Below, piece by piece: positions 8,905-19,023 of a DNA stretch of 64,000 bases; position 1 is the first letter of the stretch; each line of letters opens with the position of its first letter. The stretch comes from Candidatus Eiseniibacteriota bacterium (GTDB taxonomy: Bacteria; Eisenbacteria; RBG-16-71-46; CAIMUX01; VGJL01). The translations under genes and the position numbers were made by a program. The stretch lies in assembly GCA_041946735.1 (NCBI GenBank), contig JBHGAY010000010.1, forward strand, positions 75,530 to 139,529. Direction: 5' to 3'. The notes under the pieces are model-generated. The model was not told where the DNA came from, did no database searches, and saw only the letters and a list, made by a program, of their open reading frames with translations.

Positions 8905-10836
8905 ATGGCCACCGTCAAGGCGCCGCCGTCGAGAGTCCATGCGCCGTCCCCCTCTCCCTCCCGCATCCTCCAGCGCGCCCTGCTCCCGATGCTTCTGGTC
9001 TCTGCGTCTCTCGCGGCGCTGCATCCGATCCTCGAGGAAGATCTCTGGTGGCATCTCCGGGCGGGATCGGAGATGCTGCACGGCCTCGGGATCCCGCGGG
9101 TGGACACCTACTCCTACCCCTCCGCCGGCAACCCCTATATCGATCTGCACTGGTCGTTCCAGGCCGCCGCTTCCCTGATCCAGCGTGCGTTCGGCCTCGA
9201 CGGCGTGATCCTGGTGAAGTGCCTCCTGGCGGCCGCCATCTTCGGGATCGTCTACCGGCTCGCCCGCCGTGGAGCGCCGGCGTGGATCGCAGCGTTTCTC
9301 ACTGCGGCCGGCGTCGTTCTGGCGAGCGAACGCTTCCTCGCGCGACCGGAGATGGTCACCTATGCGCTCCTCGCCGCGACGCTCTGGGCGCTACAGCGGC
9401 ATGAGGAAGGATCGCCGAGGGCCTGGATACTGTTGCCAATCATCACGCTGGTATCGGTCAACGTCGAAGGGCTCTTCGTCCTCGGGCTGCTCGTGATCGC
9501 GGCCCGCCTCTCCGGTCGCCCGCGCGACCGCAAACTGTGGCTCGGATTCGGCCTGTCGCTCCTCGCCACGCTGATCAACCCGTACTTCGCGACCGGCGCC
9601 GTGCATCCGTTGGTCCTCTTCACGCGGGTGAGCGGCGCGATGGCCATCTACTCGCAGACGATCGGGGAGCTGCGGAGCCCGTTCGCGCCGGGGATCCCCC
9701 ATCCTGCGATCTTCGTCTTTCCGTACTTCCTCGCTCTCTGCGCCTTGGCTCTCGTCCTCCACGGGCGACGGCCGCGGCTCTGGGAGATCCTCCTGATGAT
9801 CGCCTTCGTCTACCTCGGGATCCGCTCCCGCAGGACGCTGGCCCCTCTGGCGATCGTCGCGGTGCCGATCCTCGCTCGATGGATCGGGGAAGGACGGGGG
9901 ACGGCATGGCTCGAAAGCAAGCTCGCGCCGCGAGCCCGATCGGCCGCGACGACGGCGGCCGCCGTGGCGATCCTCGTCGGACTCGCCGGCTACGACCTCT
10001 GCCTTGCGAACGGGATGATCCAGGAGGCGATCGGGACGAACCGGCGGCTCGGGTTCGGAATCGCGGAGACGGCGGACCTGAGGCGTTGCGCCTCGTTCCT
10101 TCATGACAATCGAATCCGCGGGCCGATGTTCCACACGCTTTCCACGGGCGGCTACCTGATCTACGGCTATCCCGAAGAGAAGGTGTTCATCGACGGGAGG
10201 CTGGAGGTGCACACCGCGGAACATTATGCGGCCTACCTCGCGATCCTCGGCGGCGGCGACGCCTGGAAGTCCGCGGACGCGCGCTACGGCTTCCGTTGCC
10301 TCGTGCTGAACTATGCCGAGGCGCCCAAGCTCACCGCCGAGCGTCTCGCCGATCCCGCGTGGGCGCCTGTGTATCTGGACGACTCGGCGATCGTGATCTT
10401 GAGGGACGATCCGGAGAACCGGGGGACGATCGAGAGCCATTTGCTCACGCGCGACACGCTTCCCCGGCGGTTCCCGAGCCTCGAGTCCGGCGGCGCGGTC
10501 GGCGCCACCCTTCCCTCGGCGCGAAGGATTCCGCTCATCGGGCGTCTCTTTCAGTTCGAGCCGATTCCGTGGTCGGAGCTCTACCTCGGGCAGTTCTTCT
10601 CCATGATCCGCATGCCAACGCTCGCCGGAGCCCAGTACGAGAAGGCCGTGAGGAGGTCGCCGCATTCGCTGACGGCGAGGCTCCTCCTCGCCGAGGCGCT
10701 CGGCGGGATGGGGGAAGAAGCGGCGGCGCTGCGCGTGCTGGACGGGGCGGCGCCGCTGGCAGGCCGCCCGGCCGACCGCCAAAGGCTTGCCGCGGCAAGG
10801 ACTGCCATCGAAGCGGCCACCCGGGCGCCGCGCTAA
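8905..10836 (+). CDS. Polytopic membrane protein (possible GT-C-like) with C-terminal TPR-like helices
   Basis: DLWWHLRAG, ARPE and VFIDGRLE motifs, about 10 hydrophobic segments, helical C-terminus. Confidence 0.65.
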   Translation: MATVKAPPSRVHAPSPSPSRILQRALLPMLLVSASLAALHPILEEDLWWHLRAGSEMLHGLGIPRVDTYSYPSAGNPYIDLHWSFQAAASLIQRAFGLDGVILVKCLLAAAIFGIVYRLARRGAPAWIAAFLTAAGVVLASERFLARPEMVTYALLAATLWALQRHEEGSPRAWILLPIITLVSVNVEGLFVLGLLVIAARLSGRPRDRKLWLGFGLSLLATLINPYFATGAVHPLVLFTRVSGAMAIYSQTIGELRSPFAPGIPHPAIFVFPYFLALCALALVLHGRRPRLWEILLMIAFVYLGIRSRRTLAPLAIVAVPILARWIGEGRGTAWLESKLAPRARSAATTAAAVAILVGLAGYDLCLANGMIQEAIGTNRRLGFGIAETADLRRCASFLHDNRIRGPMFHTLSTGGYLIYGYPEEKVFIDGRLEVHTAEHYAAYLAILGGGDAWKSADARYGFRCLVLNYAEAPKLTAERLADPAWAPVYLDDSAIVILRDDPENRGTIESHLLTRDTLPRRFPSLESGGAVGATLPSARRIPLIGRLFQFEPIPWSELYLGQFFSMIRMPTLAGAQYEKAVRRSPHSLTARLLLAEALGGMGEEAAALRVLDGAAPLAGRPADRQRLAAARTAIEAATRAPR

Positions 10837-11039
10837 GCGTCCGCCTTCCTGGAAGGCCTAAGGGCGCAGGCGCGCCCGCCCTGCGCTCGTCCCTCCGAGC
10901 GTCCGCCCGGCGCTCGTCCCTCCAGCCCGCCCGCGGGCGCGTGGCTCCCGGACGCCTCTCCGCCCCACCTTCCCGCCGGAGACCACCGCGCAGGATCCAG
11001 CTAACGCAATCGGGCGCTCGACGGTCTACAATTCCGGGC

Positions 11040-11645
11040 ATGGATCGCATGCCGGGCCTGCGCGTAGCCGCAGCGGAGGACGGGGATCTGGTCGCGTGGA
11101 GCCGACAGGGAGACGCGGCCGCGTTCGAAGAGCTCGTTCGCAGGCATTCCCGGCTCGCCTACACCGTGGCAAAAGCGATCCTCCGCAACCGGGCCGATGC
11201 CGAAGACGTCTGCCAAGAGTCGTGGATGCGGGCCTTGCGTCATCTGGAGGAATGCAGGCAGCCGGACCGCTTCCTGTTCTGGTTCCTGCAGATCGTCCGC
11301 AACCGGGCTCGCAATCAGCTCCAGCACGACAAGGTGCGAGCGGCCGCGCCGCTGGAATCGATCGCCTCGCTTCCGGCGCGCGCCTGCCTCGCCGGGGACG
11401 CCGGTTCGAGCGGCGACCTGCTCGAGTGGGAGCTGGATCGCTCCGCGCTCACCGCCGCCCTTCGAGCGCTCCCCGGGAGCTATCGCGAGGTGCTCCTGCT
11501 GCACGACGTGGAGGGACTGAAGCACCGTTCGATCGCGGAGCGGATCGGCATCTCGGAGGTTCTCAGCCGCCAGAGGCTCTTTCAGGCCCGGTCCCAGCTG
11601 CGGCGGATGCTGAGGGAAGACTTCATGGGAGGTCCGGCGCGATGA
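11040..11645 (+). CDS. ECF RNA polymerase sigma factor
   Basis: GDAAAFEELVRRH, DAEDVCQE, FLFWFLQIVRN, and region 4 (LPGSYREVLLLHDVEGL..IAERIGIS). Confidence 0.9.
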   Translation: MDRMPGLRVAAAEDGDLVAWSRQGDAAAFEELVRRHSRLAYTVAKAILRNRADAEDVCQESWMRALRHLEECRQPDRFLFWFLQIVRNRARNQLQHDKVRAAAPLESIASLPARACLAGDAGSSGDLLEWELDRSALTAALRALPGSYREVLLLHDVEGLKHRSIAERIGISEVLSRQRLFQARSQLRRMLREDFMGGPAR

Positions 11646-12016
11646 GCGAGGATGACGCGGTGAGCCGCGGCTCCCATCGATCGAATCGAGGTCTCGTGGA
11701 AAGCGACTGGGATCAAGACGCGTTCGTGGAGCGCGTGATGCGTGCGGCGCAGCCGGAACTCCTTCGCCGGCGCCGCGGCCATCAGGGGATCGAGATGGCG
11801 ATCGTGCGTCTCCGGATGCCGGTCCTCGCCGCCTGCGGCCTGCTCGCTGCCGCCTCCCTCGTCCTGCTGGCGGTTTCCCGTGAAAGCTCTGCGCAACCTC
11901 TGGAGCGGCCGCTCGCCGCGGCGCTCGGAGTGCCCGACCGCCTGGCCATCTGGGCCTTGTCGGAGGATCGGCCGGCCCCCGCCGAGCTGCTCACGTTCGA
12001 CGAGGAACGGCGGTGA
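11642..12016 (+). CDS. Putative single-pass membrane anti-sigma factor
   Basis: ATGA overlap with the sigma gene, FVERVM motif, one TM helix. Confidence 0.6.
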   Translation: MSEDDAVSRGSHRSNRGLVESDWDQDAFVERVMRAAQPELLRRRRGHQGIEMAIVRLRMPVLAACGLLAAASLVLLAVSRESSAQPLERPLAAALGVPDRLAIWALSEDRPAPAELLTFDEERR

Positions 12017-12498
12017 GGGATGGGATCGACGCGCTGGGGCGCCTGCGTCTCCAGGCCGTTCTGCTGTTGATCTGCGTCCTTCTGATCGGCGCGCTCGCGG
12101 GGATCGCCGTCGACCGCATCCTGCTCGATCGGGGGGACGGCCATCCTCACCGCCCGCCGCCGACCGGGCTTCCGACCGAGATCATCGAAGGGCTCGACCT
12201 GACCCCCGAGCAGTACGAGAAGGTCGACTCGATCGTCTGGTCGAGCCGGCCGCGGACGGACGCGATCTTCGACGAGCTTCTGCCCCGCATCCGGTCGCTG
12301 GCAGACTCGGTACGCGCGGAGATCCGCCTCGTCCTGAACGAAGAGCAGCGGGCGACCTTCGACCGGCGCCGGCCGATGGTGCTCGGAGAGGAGCGTATCC
12401 GCCCGGAGCCGCCGCCGCCGGGCGGAGGCCCGATGCCGGCGCGCCGTCCCGCGCCTGCGGCTCCCGGATCGAACCGATCCGGCGAAGCGCCTCGCTAA
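12013..12498 (+). CDS. Spy/CpxP-like (heavy-metal-sensor-like) periplasmic helical protein
   Basis: N-terminal TM, LDLTPEQ and LNEEQ (LTxxQ-like) motifs, GTGA overlap with the preceding gene. Confidence 0.65.
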   Translation: MRDGIDALGRLRLQAVLLLICVLLIGALAGIAVDRILLDRGDGHPHRPPPTGLPTEIIEGLDLTPEQYEKVDSIVWSSRPRTDAIFDELLPRIRSLADSVRAEIRLVLNEEQRATFDRRRPMVLGEERIRPEPPPPGGGPMPARRPAPAAPGSNRSGEAPR

Positions 12499-12933
12499 TC
12501 GCCTGGCTGGGATCATCCCTTCATCGACCCGATCCGAAGAATTCCTGCCGGCAGCGCTAACGTTCCGTTGCCTTCGCCTGTCTTGCAGGCCGGGTGGTGG
12601 GTATCGCGTGCGAACAGCGCGATATCAGGATGCGACGGCCCGAGAAGCGGGGGGCGACGAACCGGTGCGCCCTGACACTTCGGCGCACGGCCGAATCGTG
12701 GCGACGGCTGTGGAAGTCGATGGCGCCGGGGCGCACCGGGATCTTTCCTGCCGCGAAGCAGGGGCGCCGACAGGGACTGGAGGCTGACCTGTTCTGGTAG
12801 ATCACGGAAGAACGCGCGAGTCATCGAGTCATGAGAGGGCGGCCCGTCGAGAGACGCGGCCGCCCTCTCATGTTCCGGGCGCGCCGTCGGAGGGCGTGCC
12901 TTCCGCCGCGGGCGATCGGGCGGGACCCGACGA

Positions 12934-13359
12934 TCAGGGGCGCGGCAGCAGGCGGAGGAGCGTTTCGATCGAGACCGGCTTCGCGACGTGGTACGCGAAG
13001 CCCGCCTCCAGCGCCTTCTCCCGATCCCGGTGCTGGACGTAGCCGGTCAACGCGATCAGGAGCGTGTGAGACAGGCGGGGATCGCTGCGAAGCGTCCGCG
13101 CCACCTCGTGTCCATCGATGTCCGGCAGTCCGATGTCGCAGAGGATGGCGTCGGGGAGCATCTCCCGGGCGCGCTCGATTCCCGAGTGGCCATCGCACGC
13201 GATTCGCGCCTCGTAACCGAGGATCTCGAAGACCTGCGCGAAGCTCGTCGCCGTATCGAGGCTGTCCTCGATGATGAGGATCCGGCGGCGAGCCGGCTGG
13301 GACGGGCGGGACGGATCCTGCTCGCTAGACGAGTCGTCCGCCTGGGAATCCTCTCGCAT
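12934..13359 (-). CDS. Stand-alone response-regulator receiver domain
   Basis: ILIIED, LCDIGLPDIDG, IALTGY and KPV motifs. Start taken at MREDSQ. Confidence 0.85.
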   Translation of the reverse strand: MREDSQADDSSSEQDPSRPSQPARRRILIIEDSLDTATSFAQVFEILGYEARIACDGHSGIERAREMLPDAILCDIGLPDIDGHEVARTLRSDPRLSHTLLIALTGYVQHRDREKALEAGFAYHVAKPVSIETLLRLLPRP

Positions 13360-13687
13360 GCCGATGGGACCTCGACCCTCGTTCGCTTCGACCGTTCGTT
13401 TCCGACGCTTTTTTGGAGACCCGGATTTCAGAACGGCGATCTCGCGGGCCCGGGAAGAGGGTGGGCGACGCTGCGCACGTAACGAGTTCGCCGGCAGCCG
13501 ACATGGCAGGCTAGCGTTCGCCCCGCCGGCGGTCAACGACGGTTTGCGCCGACGATGACGGATGGATGCCGGCAGCGCCCCCCGCGCGGGACGCTGGAAT
13601 CATGCCGGTCACGCCAGTCATGCCGGTCATGCCGGTCCTCGCCGGCGATCCTTGACCGGTGGTGCAAGCGCAACTAGAGTGCGCGCC

Positions 13688-14458
13688 ATGGAACTCGCGA
13701 ATCGAATCGTATTCGTCACGGGCGCGAGCAGCGGGATCGGGGCGGCCTGTGCCCTCGCCTTCGCCCGGGCAGGAGCGAAGGTGCTGCTCTGCGCTCGACG
13801 GGAAGACAGGCTGGACGATGTGGTGGAAAGCCTGCGTAGGACCGGGGTCGAGGCGTACGGGATCGGGCTGGACGTGCGGGATCCGATCGCCGTCGAGACG
13901 GCGATCGGATCCCTGCCGGAGCCGTGGAAGTCGATCGACGTCCTCGTCAACAACGCGGGGCTCTCCCGTGGCCTGAGCCGCTTGCACGAAGGGCTCCTCT
14001 CCGACTGGGAGGAGATGATCGACACCAACGTGAAGGGGCTGCTGTACGTCTCCCGTGCGGTGATTCCCGGGATGATCGAGCGGGGCCGGGGGCAGGTCAT
14101 CAACATCGGCTCGATCGCGGGGCACGAGTCGTATCCCGGCGGGAATGTCTATTGCGCTACGAAGGCGGCGGTGCGCGCGCTGACGGCCGGCATGCGGATG
14201 GACTACGTCGACACTCCGATCCGCATCTCGACGGTCGATCCCGGAATGGTCGAGACGGAGTTCAGCCTCGTGCGCTTTCACGGCGACCGCGAGCGGGCCG
14301 ACAAGGTGTATCAGGGGATCACGCCGCTCTCGGCGGACGACGTCGCCGAAGTCGTCCTGTTCTGCGCAACGCGTCCGGCGCACGTCGAGGTCGCGGAGGT
14401 CCTGCTGCTGCCCACCGCTCAGGCTTCCGCCACGTTGGCCCACAGGAGGAGCGGCTAG
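13688..14458 (+). CDS. SDR oxidoreductase, YdfG-like
   Basis: TGASSGIG, NNAG, YCATK (YxxxK), DPGMVETEFS. Confidence 0.9.
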   Translation: MELANRIVFVTGASSGIGAACALAFARAGAKVLLCARREDRLDDVVESLRRTGVEAYGIGLDVRDPIAVETAIGSLPEPWKSIDVLVNNAGLSRGLSRLHEGLLSDWEEMIDTNVKGLLYVSRAVIPGMIERGRGQVINIGSIAGHESYPGGNVYCATKAAVRALTAGMRMDYVDTPIRISTVDPGMVETEFSLVRFHGDRERADKVYQGITPLSADDVAEVVLFCATRPAHVEVAEVLLLPTAQASATLAHRRSG

Positions 14459-14734
14459 CGCAGCGATCGCCGCCCGCTCCTTCGCCTCGGCTGCCGGCCC
14501 AGCTACGGGCTTAGTCCCACCAAGCGCGAACAGCGGTACGACCCGGGAGGGGAAGAGCCGGGGCCGCCGTCGCGTCCTCCCCCGTTGACACCCTCCTCGC
14601 GCGGGCGGTAGGACTCTTCGTTCCTCACTCCTTCCCTGGCGAGGAGGTTGCTCCCCGACGATGCGCTGCACACCGAATGCGACGACGAAGGCGACGCGGC
14701 GCTGCCGGTCGCTCCCTTGCCGAACGGCCCGCCC

Positions 14735-17700
14735 ATGAAGCGCCCTGGCGAGCGTCCACGCGCGCGTCCACGCGATCGTCTCGAGAATCTGTTCCATCGG
14801 ATCCTCGAGCTCCCAGCCGAACGGCGGGAACAGGAGCTACGCGCTCTCGCGGGCGCCGAGCCGGGTCTCGCCCGCGATCTCGCCGCCCTTCTCGCCGCTG
14901 CAGAAGCGCCGACCGGCTTCCTCTCCGTCCCATCCCTCGTCGAGCGCGAAGAACGCTCGATCCTTCCCGAGCGGCTCGGGCGATACGCGGTCCGGTCAGA
15001 GATCGGAAGGGGAGCGTCGGGGATCGTCTACCTCGGTCACGATCCCGACCTCGACCGTCCGGTCGCGATCAAGGTGCTCTCCGGCCGGCATGGCCGCCCG
15101 GCCGCGGACTGGGGCGACGAGCTGCTACGAGAGGCGCGGGCGCTCGCCGGGGTCGTCCATCCGAACGTCGCCCAGGTGCACTCGATCGAGCGCCTGGAGA
15201 CGGAGTACGCGAGCGGACCGGCCGCTGCCACCGGACCGCCGGCGGCGATGCTGACGATGGAATACGTCCCGGGCCGGACGCTGGCCGATCTGCTCTCGGA
15301 AGGGCCGTTCACGCTCGACCGCGCGCTCGATTGCGCGCGGCAGATCGCCGCGGCCCTCGAGACCGCGCATCGCAGCGGCATCGTGCACCGGGACCTGAAG
15401 CCTCAGAACATCCGGATCACGCCCGATGGGCTGGTGAAGGTCCTGGACTTTGGGATCGCGGGGATTCTTCTCGCGCACTCGGCGCCGGAGCCGGGCGGCG
15501 CGCGCGTCCTTTCGTCCGCAGGGGGCGGGACGCCCGGCTATATGAGCCCCGAGCAGTGCCGCGGGGAGGAGGCGGGCGCGAACGCCGACCTCTGGGCTCT
15601 CGGCGCCTTGCTCTACGAATGCCTCACCGGATCGCCCGCCATCCCAGGGACGACCGTGGCCGACCTGCTCGCCGCGAACCGCACAGGCGAGGTCGATCTG
15701 GCACGGTTGCCCGCTTCGGTGCCCGAGCCGATCGAGCGCCTGCTCCGCGCTTGTCTGGCGGTCGACCCGCGCGAGCGGGAAGGATCGGCCACGACGGTCC
15801 GCCGCCTTCTGGGGGAGGAGCTGCTCCGACTGCGGGCCGGCGCGTTCGTGAGCGAGACGAGCCGCGACCCTTACCGAGCGAGCCCGACATCACGGGCTGG
15901 ACGCGCGGACGGCGCCGCCCTGCCCGTGCGCCGCGCCCGTCTCCCGCGCCCGCTCTCTTCCTTCGTCGGCCGTGAGGCCTTCCTCGAGCGGCTCGAGCGG
16001 AGCCTCGAAGCGAACCGCTTGACCACGGTCACCGGCCCGGGGGGCGTCGGCAAGACCCGGGCGTCGATCGAGGGGGCGCGCCGGGCGGAGCGGCTCTACG
16101 GCGAGCGGATCTGGTTCGTCGACCTCGCCTCGGTGCTCCATCCCGCGGATCTCGCCTCCGAAGTCGCGCGCTCCCTCGAGGTCGGGCAGTCCGCGTCGGC
16201 GGGCGACGATCGAGGGATCGCGGAGGCGATCGGGCGGAAGGTGCGCGAGCCGTCGCTCCTCCTGCTCGACAACTGCGAACACCTCGTTGAGGCGGCGGGA
16301 CGATTCGCGGCTCGGCTCCTCGACGCCGCTCCGCCTCTCGCGATCCTCGCGACGAGCCGGCAGCCGCTCGGCATTCCCGGCGAACAGGTGCTGCCGCTGC
16401 CGCCCCTCGACGCGACCGGGGGGGCGGAAGGGGTGCGCCTCTTCGTGGAGCGCGCGCAGAGCCGCGACCCCGCGTTCGCGCCCGACGCGTCGCAGCTCGA
16501 CCGCGTCGCCGAGCTGTGCCGGCGCGTGGACAGTCTTCCCCTCGCGATCGAGCTCGCCGCGAGCTGCGTCCGCAGCCTTCCGCTGGAGGAGATCGAGCGC
16601 CGGATCGCCGAGGGACGGCCGCTCCCTGCCCCTTCCGGCGCGGCGTCGCCGGAGCGGCATCGATCGCTGCGCGATGTCGTCGACTGGAGCTACCGCCTGC
16701 TCTCGGGCAAGGAGCGAAGCCTCCTCCGCCGGCTCTCGATCTTCCGCGGCGGCTGCACGCTCGCGGGCGTCGAAACCGTCTGCGGCGGCTGGGACGGCAT
16801 CGAAGGGTGGGAAGCCTGCGATCTGCTGGCCGGCCTCGTCGAGCGCTCGCTCGTCGAGCCCGATCTGCAGCCCGAGAGCGAGCACGCGCGCTACAGGCTC
16901 CTCGAAACGATCCGGGTCGTCGCGGCGAACCGTCTGTCCGAGCAGCCCGCCGAGGAGGCGGAGCTTCTCTCCCGGTATCTCGCGCATGCGGCGTCGCTCG
17001 TCCTTCTCCGTCCCGGGGAGAAGGGGCCTCTGCGGGGAGCGTGGGTGCAGCGAATCGAGCCGGACTATCGCAACCTGGTCCACGCGCTCGACCTCTCTCT
17101 CGAAGCGGGCCGGCTGGACCTCGCCTTCGCCATCGCCGATCCCCTGAGCTACTACTGGGTCCAGACCGGTCATTGGACCGAGGGGGCCGGCTGGCTCGAC
17201 CGCCTGCTCGAAGCCCGCCGGCCCGAGCCGTCCCTCGAAGTTCCGACGAAGGACGGAATCGAGGGCCCGCGCGAACACAAGGGCGGCGGGCGCCGCGCGC
17301 CGCACCGGGCCGATGAGATCCGCCTGCTCGCGCAGGCCGGGCTGTTGCGCGCTCTTCGTGGCCGGCTCGACGAAGCGCAGCCGGTGGCCGACGAGGCGCT
17401 CGCACTGGCTGCCGCATTCGGCGAGCCTGGTCCGCTTGCGCTCGCGCACGAGTCGGCGGCGGTGCTGACCTACCGCCGCGGCGACGTGGACGGCGCGCAG
17501 CGCCACTTCGAACGGAGCCTCCGGGCGTTCGAGGAGGATGGGGATCGCGGAGGAGTCGCCGTCACGATCGGCAATCTCGGGGTCGTCCAGAGCACGCGCG
17601 GGGATCATCCCGCCGCGCTTCGCTTGTATCGCCAGTATCTCGATCTCGCCCGCGAGATGCAGGACCGCCTGGCCGAAGCGAAGGCGCTCACGAACCTCGG

Positions 17701-18187
17701 CTGGACGGCGATGACGATCGGCTCCGTGGACGAGGCGCGCGGCTACCTCGAGGAGGCGCGCGCCGTCCACGAGGAGAACGCCGACCTTCCCGGCCTCGCG
17801 CAGATCCACCAGCATCTCGGGGACCTCGCCGCAGGCCAGGGAGACGTGACGAGGGCGCGCGCGCACCTGCTCGAGTCGTGCCGGCTGCGCCGGAAGATCG
17901 GCGACGAGAGCGGCATGGGAAGCGGTCTCGCTTCCCTCGCCCGCCTGGCCGATCGGGAGTCGCGCCCGCTCCTCGCGAGCGAGATCGTCAGCGGCTTGCT
18001 CGCGCTCGCGGATGCGGGCCGCTTCCCGTGCCGGCCCGAGACGCTCGCCTCGCTCCGCGAATGGGCGGCCGATCTGGCGGGACGGATCGGCGAGGACGCC
18101 TGGCGAGAGGCGGCCGAGCGAGCCGGCGGCAAGGGGATGACGGAGCTGCTCGACCTCGCAGGCGAGGCCGCGCCGGGATCGCGATGA
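14735..18187 (+). CDS. Ser/Thr protein kinase - STAND-type ATPase - TPR fusion (may start at 14648)
   Basis: GRGASG, VAIK, HRDLKPQN, DFG, GTPGYMSPEQ, then Walker A GPGGVGKT, LLLLDNCEHL, ATSRQPL, LPLAIELAA and C-terminal TPR-like repeats. No TM segment seen. Confidence 0.9.
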   Translation: MKRPGERPRARPRDRLENLFHRILELPAERREQELRALAGAEPGLARDLAALLAAAEAPTGFLSVPSLVEREERSILPERLGRYAVRSEIGRGASGIVYLGHDPDLDRPVAIKVLSGRHGRPAADWGDELLREARALAGVVHPNVAQVHSIERLETEYASGPAAATGPPAAMLTMEYVPGRTLADLLSEGPFTLDRALDCARQIAAALETAHRSGIVHRDLKPQNIRITPDGLVKVLDFGIAGILLAHSAPEPGGARVLSSAGGGTPGYMSPEQCRGEEAGANADLWALGALLYECLTGSPAIPGTTVADLLAANRTGEVDLARLPASVPEPIERLLRACLAVDPREREGSATTVRRLLGEELLRLRAGAFVSETSRDPYRASPTSRAGRADGAALPVRRARLPRPLSSFVGREAFLERLERSLEANRLTTVTGPGGVGKTRASIEGARRAERLYGERIWFVDLASVLHPADLASEVARSLEVGQSASAGDDRGIAEAIGRKVREPSLLLLDNCEHLVEAAGRFAARLLDAAPPLAILATSRQPLGIPGEQVLPLPPLDATGGAEGVRLFVERAQSRDPAFAPDASQLDRVAELCRRVDSLPLAIELAASCVRSLPLEEIERRIAEGRPLPAPSGAASPERHRSLRDVVDWSYRLLSGKERSLLRRLSIFRGGCTLAGVETVCGGWDGIEGWEACDLLAGLVERSLVEPDLQPESEHARYRLLETIRVVAANRLSEQPAEEAELLSRYLAHAASLVLLRPGEKGPLRGAWVQRIEPDYRNLVHALDLSLEAGRLDLAFAIADPLSYYWVQTGHWTEGAGWLDRLLEARRPEPSLEVPTKDGIEGPREHKGGGRRAPHRADEIRLLAQAGLLRALRGRLDEAQPVADEALALAAAFGEPGPLALAHESAAVLTYRRGDVDGAQRHFERSLRAFEEDGDRGGVAVTIGNLGVVQSTRGDHPAALRLYRQYLDLAREMQDRLAEAKALTNLGWTAMTIGSVDEARGYLEEARAVHEENADLPGLAQIHQHLGDLAAGQGDVTRARAHLLESCRLRRKIGDESGMGSGLASLARLADRESRPLLASEIVSGLLALADAGRFPCRPETLASLREWAADLAGRIGEDAWREAAERAGGKGMTELLDLAGEAAPGSR

Positions 18188-19023
18188 GCGAGACGGACCC
18201 GATCGGCGGAGGCGAGGAGCAGGGCGGGACGTTCGCGCCGGACCGGGAGAGCGCGGCCGAGATCGAGCGCTACGCGCGCGAGGTGATCGGGCGCGAGGTG
18301 ATCGGGCGCGAGGCGCTGGCGCGCGAGGCGCTCGCCGCCGGTGACGGGACCGCGGGGGAGGTTGCTTCCCCGGCCGCCTCGCTCGACGCCCTTCTCCCTG
18401 CGATCTACGCGGAGATGCGCACGCTCGCCGCCTATATCCTGCGAGGCGAGGGAGTCGGCAGGACGCTCCGTCCGACCGCGCTCGCGCACGAGGCCTACCT
18501 GCGCCTCGCCCGCCAGACGCGATTCGCCCCGGAGAACCAGCGCCACCTGCTCGCCGTCGCCGCCACCATGATGCGCCGCGTCCTCGTGGACTCGGTCCGC
18601 GAACGAAAGGCGGCGAAGCGAGGAGGCGCCGCCGAGCGCGTCACGCTGGGGCGCATGGACGAGGAGGGGGAGGGGGAGGCGTCGGCGGCGGGGGAGCGGT
18701 CGCGCGCGACCGCCGCTGTCGATCTGATCGATCTCCACCGCGCCCTCGACCGCCTCGCCGCCGAACATCCCCGCAAGGCCCGGGTCGTCGAGCTTCTCTA
18801 CCTCGCCGGTTTGACGCAGGAGGAGGCGGGGAGCGTGCTCGGGATCACGGCGCGGACCGTCCTGCGCGACTGGATGTTCGCGAGGGCGTGGCTCTGGAAA
18901 GAGCTGAGCGGGGAGGATGCGGCGCGTGCGCCGCAAGATCCTCCCCGCTCGATCGAGCGGAGTGCCGGGAACGAAGGGTCGCGGGAATCCGGCCCCATCC
19001 CGCCCCCGGTCAGTCGAGAATGA
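18184..19023 (+). CDS. ECF sigma factor, kinase-associated (TIGR02999-like)
   Basis: TLRPTALAHEAYLRL, MRRVLVD..R...A.KRGG, RTVLRDWMFARAWL. ATGA overlap with the kinase gene. Confidence 0.9.
   Translation: MSETDPIGGGEEQGGTFAPDRESAAEIERYAREVIGREVIGREALAREALAAGDGTAGEVASPAASLDALLPAIYAEMRTLAAYILRGEGVGRTLRPTALAHEAYLRLARQTRFAPENQRHLLAVAATMMRRVLVDSVRERKAAKRGGAAERVTLGRMDEEGEGEASAAGERSRATAAVDLIDLHRALDRLAAEHPRKARVVELLYLAGLTQEEAGSVLGITARTVLRDWMFARAWLWKELSGEDAARAPQDPPRSIERSAGNEGSRESGPIPPPVSRE

Noticed and set aside
14585..14615. Perfect TTGACA upstream of the kinase gene
   Set aside because: No convincing TAnnnT at 16-18 nt spacing, so it is not called as a promoter.
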